Shown one piece after another: positions 9,511 to 19,102 of a stretch of DNA of 64,000 bases; within the stretch, counting starts at the first letter, position 1, and each line of letters begins with the position of its first letter. The notes beneath the pieces were generated by a model. The model was not told the DNA's origin and did no database searches. It saw only the letters and a program-made list of their open reading frames with translations. Source of the DNA: a virus. Its lineage: Duplodnaviria; Caudoviricetes. Made by a program: the position numbers and the translations under genes. Location: positions 15,693 through 79,692 of IMG/VR virus record IMGVR_UViG_3300032219_002765; one strand, written 5' to 3'.

Positions 9511-9744
9511 TTACTTGTCTTTTTCATGCTCCTCTCGTGTTTGCCAATCTTCTTTTGTCCATTGGCTAAGACGATTGGAAGAAGATTTTTTACCAGAATA
9601 TTCTCCTCCCATATCCTTATAGTATTTAGTCGCTAACTGCATAGCTCGCGCACTATGTCCGCCTAATTTTGCTCGCGCTTTAGCTTTAGCGCGGGACCAT
9701 TTTTCAGGATCTCGTTTTTTAGCAATATCGTCAGCCATGATCAA
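9511..9744 (-). CDS. Basic protein resembling the N-terminal half of DUF5872-type proteins
   Basis: GGHSARAMQLATKYYKDMGGEY...LSQWTKEDWQT motif. Confidence 0.65.
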   Translation of the reverse strand: MIMADDIAKKRDPEKWSRAKAKARAKLGGHSARAMQLATKYYKDMGGEYSGKKSSSNRLSQWTKEDWQTREEHEKDK

Positions 9745-10025
9745 TAAAGCACATGACAGTGTTCAATAGTCGAGGTGCCGCTAATTTGCACAATAGAAAT
9801 AGGTATAATACCGTTAGTTGTAATATGATTTAAAGTAAAAGGAGTTTTAGAATCCGCTAAAACAACAACAAGTGATTTATCGGTTAACCTACTGCCATTT
9901 TCAACATAAATTGCTCTGGACGCCGCAAAAGTAATATTAGTTCCAGAAGGTGAAACAGAAAAACCGCTTGCATACGGGAGTGCGGCTGTCTGCCCGTATA
10001 CGGAACCAAATGCTCTAACGTCCAT
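9741..10025 (-). CDS. Small beta-rich virion protein (head-spike base-like)
   Basis: RAIYV..G..L.VVLAD....TL......IIPISIVQI..TST....VLY resembles RcGTA Rcc01079-like spike base proteins (recalled). Confidence 0.55.
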   Translation of the reverse strand: MDVRAFGSVYGQTAALPYASGFSVSPSGTNITFAASRAIYVENGSRLTDKSLVVVLADSKTPFTLNHITTNGIIPISIVQISGTSTIEHCHVLY

Positions 10026-10026
10026 T

Positions 10027-10266
10027 TTATTCGAGTGTTTCTAATAGTTTAGTCAAATATTCTACGGCTTTCTCAAGATCTTGTTTTCCGTTTTTATTTT
10101 CCCATCGCCACAGATATTTTTGTACATTTCCCCACAAAAAGCCTTGGTACTTTACTTCCCCCATACTAACCCTTATAACTTCAAAACATTCTAAACCAGA
10201 CTTTTTATAATAATCAGGTTGCACAGGATTATTACTAATCAAATGAGATGACTCCATGTGTTTCAA
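10027..10266 (-). CDS. DUF3310 / T7 gp1.7-like putative nucleotide kinase
   Basis: NPVQPDYY...ECFEVI...GFLWGNVQKYLWR...KNGKQDLEKAVEYL. Confidence 0.85.
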   Translation of the reverse strand: MKHMESSHLISNNPVQPDYYKKSGLECFEVIRVSMGEVKYQGFLWGNVQKYLWRWENKNGKQDLEKAVEYLTKLLETLE

Positions 10267-10729
10267 GCCTATGGCAATTCGAGCATAGTATACGGCACTT
10301 TGCTATTTCAGCATAAATTTTGTCGATGTTTCGACAAAGAAGTTTAGAAACGTCAAATAACTTTGTTGTTTGAATTTTATGAGCAAAGTCAAGAGCACAA
10401 GGATGTTCTTTGTATCCACATCGCTCACAACCTTTTTGCATTTTTATAAAATTTAAAATCTGTCGTCTTTCCTTATATTTGGTTTTATTGCTACTAGCAA
10501 TGGCTGCTTTAGATATTTTTTCAAAATTTTTATGAGCTTGAGGAGATAACCAACTTTCTTTGTAAAAACCATTTTCTAATATTTTAGATTTTTCATAAGT
10601 TCGAAATATATAACCGTCTTCACGTATATCTCCTTTTTTATAGGGAACTTGCGTTTCAGAATTTAATCGTTTTTTTGGATCATAAGTTCCTAAATAATTC
10701 TTACATTTAATAAACTTCATAAAACTCAA
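10235..10729 (-). CDS. HNH homing endonuclease
   Basis: CERCG...LDFAH...KCRILCSNCHR; AT-rich, overlaps both neighbours. Confidence 0.8.
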   Translation of the reverse strand: MSFMKFIKCKNYLGTYDPKKRLNSETQVPYKKGDIREDGYIFRTYEKSKILENGFYKESWLSPQAHKNFEKISKAAIASSNKTKYKERRQILNFIKMQKGCERCGYKEHPCALDFAHKIQTTKLFDVSKLLCRNIDKIYAEIAKCRILCSNCHRLETHGVISFD

Positions 10730-11649
10730 AAAACTAACATTTCCTCAACGGATAATAAGTCACCATGCTGCTCTTTTAAGCGAGCAGAGTACTTATTGTC
10801 GTCGTGTTGAATCAAACCGCAATCTAAAATTTTATAAATTCCATTATCTCCAACAACAGGAACACATCTTCGATGCTCGTGGTTAGGTGGGGGATTTTCA
10901 AAAGCAAGTCCCATGGAACTTCGATCAGCTATAGGCCAATTTCTAATTCCCGTTTTTATATAACTTTTTTCGGGATCGTAACTATCCGATCGAATATAAG
11001 TTTCCCCATCACGTTGATCCAAAATCATCCCGCAGTAATAAGGGCTTCCTAACTGCACAAAAAAATCAATTTCAAAATCAACAACCAATAATTTGGGAAC
11101 TGTAAAACCAATGTTATGCCAAACATTAGGTGTTTCTTTTGTCAAATACCATTTTTCGTAATTGCCAATGGGGATACGTTTATTGTCAAAATTTTCAAAC
11201 AATGCAAAACCCGGCTCTAAGTTGTAGCGGCTTAAAACAGGTTTCCACTTCATAAAATAATCAAAATTATCCCGACGAATCAAAACATCGTTTTCTTGAT
11301 AAATATAAAAATCTGCCTGCCTATTAAGGATGGCAAGCGCAAGATCGGTTTTATGCGCCCAAGTCAAATACCAATTTTGGTATTCAGGCGACGCTACTTT
11401 GACGTTAATTTTTAACTTATCGAACTGCTCAAGCACCGATTCCAGTGTCGGTACGTCTTCTTGAGCTTCGTAATTAACGTAAATATTAACACAGATTTCA
11501 TGCGGAAATTTTTGATACTCGTTTAGAACATTGATTAAAGAATTTAATCGTTGCAAGGGGTTATGGGCAGTAATTGCAACCCAAATTTTCTTAGACATAT
11601 CGCGAGGCTCGGCAGTGCCGAGAGACTGTTCGAACTTTAGTTGTTCCAC
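10726..11649 (-). CDS. Putative GT-A-fold glycosyltransferase-like protein
   Basis: N-terminal beta-alpha unit KIWVAITAH and DFYIYQENDVLI (EDD/DxD-like) motif. Confidence 0.5.
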   Translation of the reverse strand: MEQLKFEQSLGTAEPRDMSKKIWVAITAHNPLQRLNSLINVLNEYQKFPHEICVNIYVNYEAQEDVPTLESVLEQFDKLKINVKVASPEYQNWYLTWAHKTDLALAILNRQADFYIYQENDVLIRRDNFDYFMKWKPVLSRYNLEPGFALFENFDNKRIPIGNYEKWYLTKETPNVWHNIGFTVPKLLVVDFEIDFFVQLGSPYYCGMILDQRDGETYIRSDSYDPEKSYIKTGIRNWPIADRSSMGLAFENPPPNHEHRRCVPVVGDNGIYKILDCGLIQHDDNKYSARLKEQHGDLLSVEEMLVF

Positions 11650-11659
11650 GGAGGGAAAA

Positions 11660-13180
11660 TCAATACTCCACTGAAAACTGTCCTCTTCGTTGCAAATATT
11701 GAATCAGCCAGGTGTAAGCGTCCAGGAGGTCATCGTGTGACGTAGCCCCGACGTTGATCAACTGGTCAAACAAAGCGTCAAATTTTCGGTATTTATTGAA
11801 CGTGATTTTCTTGTTTTCTAGCAAACCTAAAGTCCCACGAAAGCGGGCAATTTTGTCGCCCCTAAAACCTTTAACTTCATGAATATGAAGATTGCCTAGT
11901 TCACGCTCGTTTACCAGAACCCGTCTTAAGTCAGCTGCCAGTGAAGCTTGGTACGCAACCGATTCAACAACCAAGGTAATAGTTGAATACGTCGGCAAAA
12001 ACGTACCGTCGTGATTTGTCAGAATTCCCCACTCCAACAACATATCGCACAGCAAATCAATCTTCTCTAAGTTTCCAATCGAGCGACACTGGTGCGCATC
12101 GATGATGTAATACTTGTCCTTCAGCCGTCCACCTAAAACAAACGCGGTGTAGTCACTCGTTTCGTTCTTACTTGCCGAGAGGTCAATGCCCACGGCTAAG
12201 GTGTCGAATTCGGTTACCACTTCGCCTTTAATCAACAGATCTGGCGACACAACCAGATCCGAAGTCATAACAGGTTGCTGCTGATACTGGAACGCAAACG
12301 CAACAGGATCAAGTTCTTTCTGACCTAGTAAGTACTCGACCGACCACTGAGCGGGCCAATAACTAACAGGCTCGCCCATGTTGTTGTAGGTAATGGCTTC
12401 CTGCGTAACTTGTTTCCAGCCTTTTTCAGGCACGAACATTGTTTTGTGGATATCCAAAGGATGAAATCGAGTACCCAGGCAAATTGAACGTCCGCCTTCA
12501 AAGATAATCGGCGCGATAACGGATGACCAGTTGTTGTTCATCTCTTCCCGAATGGTCGGGTTTTTAATGTCCGCGCTGGATTTAATAGGGTCATCCACGA
12601 TGACCAAGTGGGCGCGTTTAGAGGTAATAGAGCCCCGAAGGCCCGCAGCCCTGAGCGTAAATTCTTCGTCACCCACCCGTGGAATGCCGGCGTAGTCGAA
12701 GTCAATCGACCAACCGATATCCGACTGCATCCCTGCTTTTAGCTTGACCTTAGGGAAGATCTTGCGGTACTCAGGAGAGTCAATAATCTGTCTAATAATG
12801 CGACTTTTCGGAATAGCCGTAGCAATGTTGTACGAAACATAAATAATCTGCAACGGCATCTTAGCCGTCGTATGCCGCCCAATAATCCATGCAGTAAACA
12901 GGTTTAGTACAGTGCTCTTAGCGCTACCCCTAGGAGCAAGAATATCTAGGTTAGGTCCCGCTATGTCAATTAGATATTTATTTGATTCACCTGTTATCAA
13001 ATGGCTGTACCACTCCAACATATGTTTCTGAGGAGCTTTGTCAAGCAGCGTACAGAACGTATGAAAATCGCTGGTAGCTTTGGAGTATATAGTATCTACT
13101 ACAGTAGAAGTATCGTCAATAGCCCGAGCTGCTCGTAATTGTGCGCCACGGCGATATGCGAAAGTTTCTTTGCTAGGCAT
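11660..13180 (-). CDS. terL: Terminase large subunit
   Basis: Walker A APRGSAKST, Walker B LVIVDDP, and RNase H-like nuclease motifs IDLSAS..SDYTA and HDDLLDA. Confidence 0.92.
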   Translation of the reverse strand: MPSKETFAYRRGAQLRAARAIDDTSTVVDTIYSKATSDFHTFCTLLDKAPQKHMLEWYSHLITGESNKYLIDIAGPNLDILAPRGSAKSTVLNLFTAWIIGRHTTAKMPLQIIYVSYNIATAIPKSRIIRQIIDSPEYRKIFPKVKLKAGMQSDIGWSIDFDYAGIPRVGDEEFTLRAAGLRGSITSKRAHLVIVDDPIKSSADIKNPTIREEMNNNWSSVIAPIIFEGGRSICLGTRFHPLDIHKTMFVPEKGWKQVTQEAITYNNMGEPVSYWPAQWSVEYLLGQKELDPVAFAFQYQQQPVMTSDLVVSPDLLIKGEVVTEFDTLAVGIDLSASKNETSDYTAFVLGGRLKDKYYIIDAHQCRSIGNLEKIDLLCDMLLEWGILTNHDGTFLPTYSTITLVVESVAYQASLAADLRRVLVNERELGNLHIHEVKGFRGDKIARFRGTLGLLENKKITFNKYRKFDALFDQLINVGATSHDDLLDAYTWLIQYLQRRGQFSVEY

Positions 13181-13199
13181 ATCACTAAGTTGACAGTAT

Positions 13200-13208
13200 C
13201 GCTATATT
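13200..13208 (+). promoter_or_regulatory. CGC-TANNNT promoter-like -10 element (back-to-back with CGA-TACTGT on the minus strand at 13194-13202)
   Basis: CGCTATATT ends 26 nt before the GT4 start codon; the same motif recurs before many genes. Confidence 0.55.
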
Positions 13209-13234
13209 AGTCGTATCTGAACGATACTTCAGGA

Positions 13235-14407
13235 ATGGCTAAAATTCTTTGGTACGGCGACGCATGTTGTAATACAGGTTTTGCTCGTGTAACTCATAGT
13301 GTTCTAGAGCATCTGGCAAAAGAGCACGAAGTACACGTACTGGCAATTAACTACAGCGGCGACCCGCATGATTATCCGTTTAAAGCGTATCCGGCAGCGA
13401 ACGTACACTGCGGCGATCGTTTCGGTATTCCGCGTTTACCAGAACTCTTAAACAAAATTAAACCAGATGTCTTTATATGTCTGCAAGACATTTGGGTTTG
13501 TAATCAAGTGTGGGAACGATGCCAGTTCCTAAAAGACGAGTTGAAATTTAAATTCATCTGCTATTTCCCAATCGATAGCGAGATGTATTACAGCGATATG
13601 CTGCGCAACATTCCTGCGTGGGATATGGCGATTACCTTCACCATTAACTCCGCTCACAGGATCCTCAAGCACGGGATTAAAGCTGAACGACTAGGAGTTC
13701 TGCCTCACGGAGTAGATACGGGCAAATTTACGCCAATGGACCGAGGCGAAGCCCGCGATGCCCTAGGTCTGCCAAAGGATAAATTTATTGTCCTAAACGC
13801 CAATCGCAACCAACCGCGAAAACGGATTGATTTAACAATTCAGACATTCGCCAAATTTGCAGCGGATAAACCTGACACCATGCTCTACCTACACATGGGA
13901 GCAAAGGATATGGGTTGGGATGTCGTACCGTTGTTTGATCGCGAAATGAAAAAATACGATTTAGATAGTGCCAAACGATTAATCCTTACATCAAAAGATA
14001 TCAACTATATGGATGCTCCTTCTGACGAATTGTTAAACAAAATTTATAACAGTTGTGATGCCGGCATTAATACGGCAGATGGAGAAGGTTGGGGTTTAGT
14101 TCCTTTCGAACACGCAAGTTGCCGCAAACCTCAAGTAGTTCCGAATCACACAGCTTGTGCTGACATCTGGGAAGAAGCTGCTCTCTTGGTTGATATTGCC
14201 ACGTGGGTAACTGATAAAGATCTTGGTGTCGAACGCGGTTTAATCAACGTGAATCACGCTGTTGAGATGCTTAACAGACTGTATTACGACAAAGAGTTTT
14301 ACGACGAAATAGCTGATTGCTGCTACGCCGTAACTCAGCGTCCGGAATACCGCTGGGAAAACGTGGCTGCGGGCTTCTCGCAAGCCATTAAAGATTTAAT
14401 GGAGTGA
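13235..14407 (+). CDS. Glycosyltransferase family 4-like (GT-B)
   Basis: TGFARV, LPHGVD, NRNQPRKR and EGWGLVPFE motifs. Confidence 0.9.
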   Translation: MAKILWYGDACCNTGFARVTHSVLEHLAKEHEVHVLAINYSGDPHDYPFKAYPAANVHCGDRFGIPRLPELLNKIKPDVFICLQDIWVCNQVWERCQFLKDELKFKFICYFPIDSEMYYSDMLRNIPAWDMAITFTINSAHRILKHGIKAERLGVLPHGVDTGKFTPMDRGEARDALGLPKDKFIVLNANRNQPRKRIDLTIQTFAKFAADKPDTMLYLHMGAKDMGWDVVPLFDREMKKYDLDSAKRLILTSKDINYMDAPSDELLNKIYNSCDAGINTADGEGWGLVPFEHASCRKPQVVPNHTACADIWEEAALLVDIATWVTDKDLGVERGLINVNHAVEMLNRLYYDKEFYDEIADCCYAVTQRPEYRWENVAAGFSQAIKDLME

Positions 14408-14411
14408 TTCA

Positions 14412-15491
14412 ATGCAAACAACACATCGTTTTTATCACGCTCACAGCCAAGTACTTTTTCCTTTGCGAGTTCCTCAGGAAGGAATTCCTGACGTATACGA
14501 GCAAGCTCGCGCTCTAAATGGCGAATTTACTCGAATCTCAAAAGGTCTTCCGGAAGGTGCTGTAGCTAATTTCAGTCCATCAATTCAAAAACACAAAGGA
14601 AAAACTTACATCGCGTGGAGGTCACAAGCCGAACCATTTGGTTTTAAATACGACAATAATTATTTTTATCTGAATAATTCTCCCACAGAGATTTATATTG
14701 GAATTTTGCGGGACGATGACACTATTGTTGGAGCTAAAAAACTTCGGTCTAAACCTCACCGATTAAGTTACGAGGATCCCCGTCTTTTTGTGGGACCCGA
14801 TGACGAACTTTACGTGCAGTTTGTTGGGTCTACTTACGCAAGCCGATACAACAAAGGCGGCAAAAAATTATTCGACGATCCGAAAATTGTTGTTGCTTAT
14901 ATTGATGAGTTTTGCGAAGCAACTAATGCTGTAGTTCCGCCAATTGGAAAAAACAGGCAAAAGGGATCACCGGAAAAAAATTGGTGTTTCTTCAGCCATA
15001 AAGATGAACTGCGGTGCTTGTACTCAACCCGACCTATAACCATTGAGAGGGAAAACGGCAAAGCTATCGAGATTGATTCGTCAATCCTGGACGAAGTTAC
15101 GGGCGGCGCACCAACGTTTAATTCGCTAGCACCTATTAATCTAGGTTACGCTTATTTAACTTTTTATCACTGGAAACATACAGTATGTGACCGTAACGGT
15201 CAGTACTATCTGATATATCATCTAAGTGCTTATTTAATGGATAAAACTTTTACTAAGATTACCCACGCGGTGAGGAGACCTTTGTTCTCTGGTTCGTTAA
15301 ATGATCAACTTATTAGCTGGACTGATTATGTGGGAAACCCCGTATCGAAACAACCAGCTGTAATCCTACCTTTTGGTGCTTATATAGAAAGCACTAATTT
15401 AGTTATGGCTCTAGGTGTTAACGATGCGTTTATGGGTATCTTCCGTTGCCCATTAGAAGCCGTTATGCGGGAAATGCAGCCAGTCGACTAA
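14412..15491 (+). CDS. Five-bladed beta-propeller glycoside phosphorylase/transferase (GH130/GT91/GT108-like)
   Basis: YEDPRLF and EKNWCFF motifs, repeated beta-blade pattern, terminal ALGVND. Confidence 0.65.
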   Translation: MQTTHRFYHAHSQVLFPLRVPQEGIPDVYEQARALNGEFTRISKGLPEGAVANFSPSIQKHKGKTYIAWRSQAEPFGFKYDNNYFYLNNSPTEIYIGILRDDDTIVGAKKLRSKPHRLSYEDPRLFVGPDDELYVQFVGSTYASRYNKGGKKLFDDPKIVVAYIDEFCEATNAVVPPIGKNRQKGSPEKNWCFFSHKDELRCLYSTRPITIERENGKAIEIDSSILDEVTGGAPTFNSLAPINLGYAYLTFYHWKHTVCDRNGQYYLIYHLSAYLMDKTFTKITHAVRRPLFSGSLNDQLISWTDYVGNPVSKQPAVILPFGAYIESTNLVMALGVNDAFMGIFRCPLEAVMREMQPVD

Positions 15492-16018
15492 GACTTCTCT
15501 TCACGTTCAAGCGTGGACCATACCAGCAATGCAGAATCATCTAATAGATTTTGTATTGCTGGTTGACCGTCAAAAGTCTGCATTAACTCCCGAAGGCAAC
15601 GGTCCGCACCAGCTAATAAAAGCCCGCGTCGATCAAGACCATCTGAAATAGCTCGAACAGCTTGAATATGGGAACGAAGTTCTTTCTGTAGCGAAGCAAT
15701 TTTTGTTGCAGCTGTTGCGTAATCCAACATCCCCGTGGTCGTCATTTGACGCACGTTTTGAATATCTTGATTTAATCCGTCAATCTCACAAAGAAGAATT
15801 TTACGTAAATCCTCTTTAGGATATTTTTCTTGTATCCACGCAGTAATATCCGAAATACTGCCGGTGTACGACGGTTTTAAAAACCTAGCGTATAAATACG
15901 CCTCAATATCACTTGTAGCATTCTTAGCGTAATAAACAAAAGAATCTTTTTGCGATTTTTCTAAACTGGCTAGCCAACCTGCAACGGTTGCAGAGGTGCC
16001 GATTTCAGACTGAATCAT
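15488..16018 (-). CDS. Hypothetical helical protein (possible terminase small subunit)
   Basis: 176 aa, helical/coiled-coil. The TerS role is a guess from size and module context only. Confidence 0.55.
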   Translation of the reverse strand: MIQSEIGTSATVAGWLASLEKSQKDSFVYYAKNATSDIEAYLYARFLKPSYTGSISDITAWIQEKYPKEDLRKILLCEIDGLNQDIQNVRQMTTTGMLDYATAATKIASLQKELRSHIQAVRAISDGLDRRGLLLAGADRCLRELMQTFDGQPAIQNLLDDSALLVWSTLEREEKS

Positions 16019-16698
16019 CCGAAAGCTTGATGACCAGCTAAAGCCATGCCAGCTCCGAAACGTTTGAGTGCTAACTGCCCTTCGACCTGACCACGCTGGA
16101 GTGCAAGAGCATTACGTGTATCTTCTTGTCTCTCACTAATACGCAGATTGCTGGACATTAAGTCATTAACTTGTTTGTTCTTAGCTGTTTGAGCGGATAA
16201 ACCGGCCTGAGCAAGTCCTTGCGCTGTAGGGCTTAGTAGTGAAGTTTCTCCGGTTAATGTTTTTTCTTGTAACGATTGAACGGCTTCTCCGTATTGTTTA
16301 GCTAAAGCCGAAGCAACCTCAGGCCCCATCATTTCCGTGGCAAGCTTCGATTTACCTTGGAGATCTTGCAGACCCAAGACACTGCTTGCATACTGGGATG
16401 CGATACCTGCTTGTAAACCAGCTTGCGTCTGTTCTTTATTAGCTGCTTGTGTAAATTGATCGTAAGCTTGCTGCCCTAGAACTTTTGTTTGTGCTGCTTC
16501 AGTTCCCGTATAGGGAGCCATAAGCATTGCAAGTTCCTGACCAGCAATTGTTAAATTGGTATTACCGGGCGCTAATTGAGTTGAATATAAAGAAGCATAA
16601 TCGGTTTGATCGCCCCCGCCTTTGATGGCACCAAAAAGACTCCCTGCTCCGCCTAAAACGGAACCGATAGCAGTAACAGCAGCAAGTGGAATTGGCAT
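16015..16698 (-). CDS. Putative internal virion (ejection) protein
   Basis: N-terminal G/A-rich hydrophobic helix LAAVTAIGSVLGGAGSLFGAI followed by a Q/A-rich helical body, typical of podovirus pilot proteins. Confidence 0.6.
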   Translation of the reverse strand: MPIPLAAVTAIGSVLGGAGSLFGAIKGGGDQTDYASLYSTQLAPGNTNLTIAGQELAMLMAPYTGTEAAQTKVLGQQAYDQFTQAANKEQTQAGLQAGIASQYASSVLGLQDLQGKSKLATEMMGPEVASALAKQYGEAVQSLQEKTLTGETSLLSPTAQGLAQAGLSAQTAKNKQVNDLMSSNLRISERQEDTRNALALQRGQVEGQLALKRFGAGMALAGHQAFG

Positions 16699-16702
16699 TG
16701 TT

Positions 16703-17515
16703 TTACTTCAGGGTAAAGTTTTCAAAGGGCTTAAGAGCAGCACCATAAGCAGTACTTAAGGCTTGAGAAAAACCTTGGTTAGGTGTTAACGACAATGCAA
16801 TTGTTTGAGCAGTAGCAATTGTTTGTCGAGTGTTTGCTTCAATTTTTGCTTGCTCCAAAGCTTTCCACGCTTCGATATTCTTAATTTCTACTTGGCGTGC
16901 AGTATTTTCACGCGACTGCCGCATCGATAAAGCATTAGTAACGAGCATACGACGAATCGCATTTTCGGTATCAATGGCTGCGCGTCGTTGTACACGCTCA
17001 GGATCCAACTCTTTAACAATTTGAGTCCAGTAATCCTGAGGACCTTTTTCCTCACCTTGCTTTACCTTATCAGGATCAGTAGTACCGGGAAGCTTTCCAT
17101 CCGGTTTACCTTGACCATTCTCTCCTACCGGAGGAACTACTTTTCCTCCGCCAGGTTTAGAACCATCGCTCCCAGTATCGGTAGGCATATCTGTAGCTCC
17201 TTTAACTCGCGCCATATCCCCACGGAGGCGATCTTGAATAGCGCGAATACGAGCTTGCTCACGCGAATCATCAGTAGCCCGTGTGGGATCAACTTTTAGG
17301 AAAGAACCGGGAGATTGATAGCCGTAATTTTCCCCCGCATAATATGTGTCCAGACCTAGACCAGTGTCTCTTTTAGGATTCCCAATCTCTGTATTATTGC
17401 TGCTCCCACCAGGGAAAAGTTTGGGAATTTGAGTTGCAGCAGTCCCGATACCTGGAAAGGCTGCTTGGAGAAGAAGATCCTGTAATGCACCAAAATAACC
17501 TACAGATTCAGCCAT
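16703..17515 (-). CDS. Putative internal virion protein
   Basis: Low-complexity G/P/K linker plus coiled-coil; part of the same operon. Confidence 0.55.
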   Translation of the reverse strand: MAESVGYFGALQDLLLQAAFPGIGTAATQIPKLFPGGSSNNTEIGNPKRDTGLGLDTYYAGENYGYQSPGSFLKVDPTRATDDSREQARIRAIQDRLRGDMARVKGATDMPTDTGSDGSKPGGGKVVPPVGENGQGKPDGKLPGTTDPDKVKQGEEKGPQDYWTQIVKELDPERVQRRAAIDTENAIRRMLVTNALSMRQSRENTARQVEIKNIEAWKALEQAKIEANTRQTIATAQTIALSLTPNQGFSQALSTAYGAALKPFENFTLK

Positions 17516-17525
17516 GATTATTTCC

Positions 17526-18362
17526 TCAAACAGGTTTTGCTAGTTCAGCCAGCGTAGTGTTATTTTCATAACGCTCGCGAGCAACGACATCTTTTATAAC
17601 TTGATTCAACATACTAGATGCTGCGTTATAACCAGATTCTACTCGCTGACGCTGCACTGCACCAAGAGATCTTTCTCGTTCAGTAGCAACTTGAGCTTGA
17701 CTTGCTAGAGATTGAATTGCAACATCAAATTCACGATTTGCTTGTGTTTGACGAATAAAACGATTAGTTGCTTCCTCTTGTTGCTGACTTAAAACATCAG
17801 CACTGCGCTGAACAAACTCTTGAGGAGTTTCGGGTTCAGGTAATTCCGCTTGACCTAATGCACGCAAGATAGCGTTTACATTGCGAGTTTTATATAATTG
17901 ATCTGCATAATATTGCTGATACGCCATCCCCGTTTCTGGAGATATTAAATATTTACTAGCCCCAGTAGGCGCAACGGTGGCATAATTAGTGGGACTTAGA
18001 TTACCAGCAGCAGAATTAGCTAATTTTTCAGCAAAAAAATTAGCTCCCGTAGCTGTAGCAAAACCGCCAAGGCTAGCTAACAGTCCGCCACCCCCACCGC
18101 CCTGCGCAGCAGCCACAATAGGAGCCGCAATACCAGCTGCGGCTGCAGGGGGAATTGCTGAAGCCAGCATTGATTCAATGTTCGTTACAGAAGGAACAAC
18201 TGTTTTTATAGCACCTTGCTTAACGAGATTTTCATACACATCTGGGTTATTTAAATATTTGCCAAAGATCTGAGAAGCCTTCGCAGTATCTCCACCCAAC
18301 TCCGAAACAAGCTTATTAAAAAGCCCGCTTAAGCTTTCAACTTGATTAATACCGCGTGCCAT
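17526..18362 (-). CDS. Putative internal virion protein
   Basis: A/G-rich hydrophobic segment with GGGGGG and a Q-rich coiled-coil C-terminus. Confidence 0.55.
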   Translation of the reverse strand: MARGINQVESLSGLFNKLVSELGGDTAKASQIFGKYLNNPDVYENLVKQGAIKTVVPSVTNIESMLASAIPPAAAAGIAAPIVAAAQGGGGGGLLASLGGFATATGANFFAEKLANSAAGNLSPTNYATVAPTGASKYLISPETGMAYQQYYADQLYKTRNVNAILRALGQAELPEPETPQEFVQRSADVLSQQQEEATNRFIRQTQANREFDVAIQSLASQAQVATERERSLGAVQRQRVESGYNAASSMLNQVIKDVVARERYENNTTLAELAKPV

Positions 18363-18595
18363 CAGGAACTTGCCGGGTTATCAAACGATGTGCCGGATAA
18401 CGGCTTCTTTGTATAGTTTACATCGTTAGGGTTAGCTTGCGGGAAAATACCAGCAAGTTTCTGCTCAGCAGATTGGTAAGCAGCAGTTTGCGGAAAATTA
18501 GATTCCAGATACATAGATAAAAATGACACTGGATCAAGATCAGGCGCTCCCCGTCTAACGTCGCGTTCTTGTAACTGCTGCTGACGTATGTTCAT
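18362..18595 (-). CDS. Hypothetical protein
   Basis: 77-aa coupled ORF. Confidence 0.55.
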   Translation of the reverse strand: MNIRQQQLQERDVRRGAPDLDPVSFLSMYLESNFPQTAAYQSAEQKLAGIFPQANPNDVNYTKKPLSGTSFDNPASS

Positions 18596-18598
18596 CGA

Positions 18599-19102
18599 TC
18601 AACCCAACTCTTGATAACGTTCAGACGCAGGGATCGAAGAAGTATTCGGAGCATTTAATACTGAATACTGACCGCCGAAGTTCGGAAGGTCATACTCCAG
18701 GGGCCGCTGCCGACTTAGATATTCACCACTTTCGTATGAATCTTCGTTTTGATTCTGAATAAACTCAATAAACATCTGCATCAATTGCGGATTATTGAGC
18801 AAAACATGAATCAGTTCTTCAACTTCTTCTACATCACTGGGGTTAGTAACACCAGCTTGTAACCGGCGCCCAAGATCAACTCGCGCTTCAGGCTGAGTAT
18901 TTGCAGGATAAGAATTTAACGAACGAGTAGCTCCGGTCTGAATGCCTTCACCCTCATGACCTGGAACAGGTGGGGCAGCGCGGTGGAAATTGCGGATCAC
19001 CACGGAGACCATGGGAGCTGCGGCAGCTTGTTCAGCAGGAGTCCGGGGGACAGGAAGACCCAGAATGCGAGCCGCTAATTCATAATCCTGAGGCGAGAAC
19101 AC
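18599..19102 (-). CDS. Hypothetical protein
   Basis: 167-aa co-oriented ORF. Confidence 0.6.
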   Translation of the reverse strand: MFSPQDYELAARILGLPVPRTPAEQAAAAPMVSVVIRNFHRAAPPVPGHEGEGIQTGATRSLNSYPANTQPEARVDLGRRLQAGVTNPSDVEEVEELIHVLLNNPQLMQMFIEFIQNQNEDSYESGEYLSRQRPLEYDLPNFGGQYSVLNAPNTSSIPASERYQELG

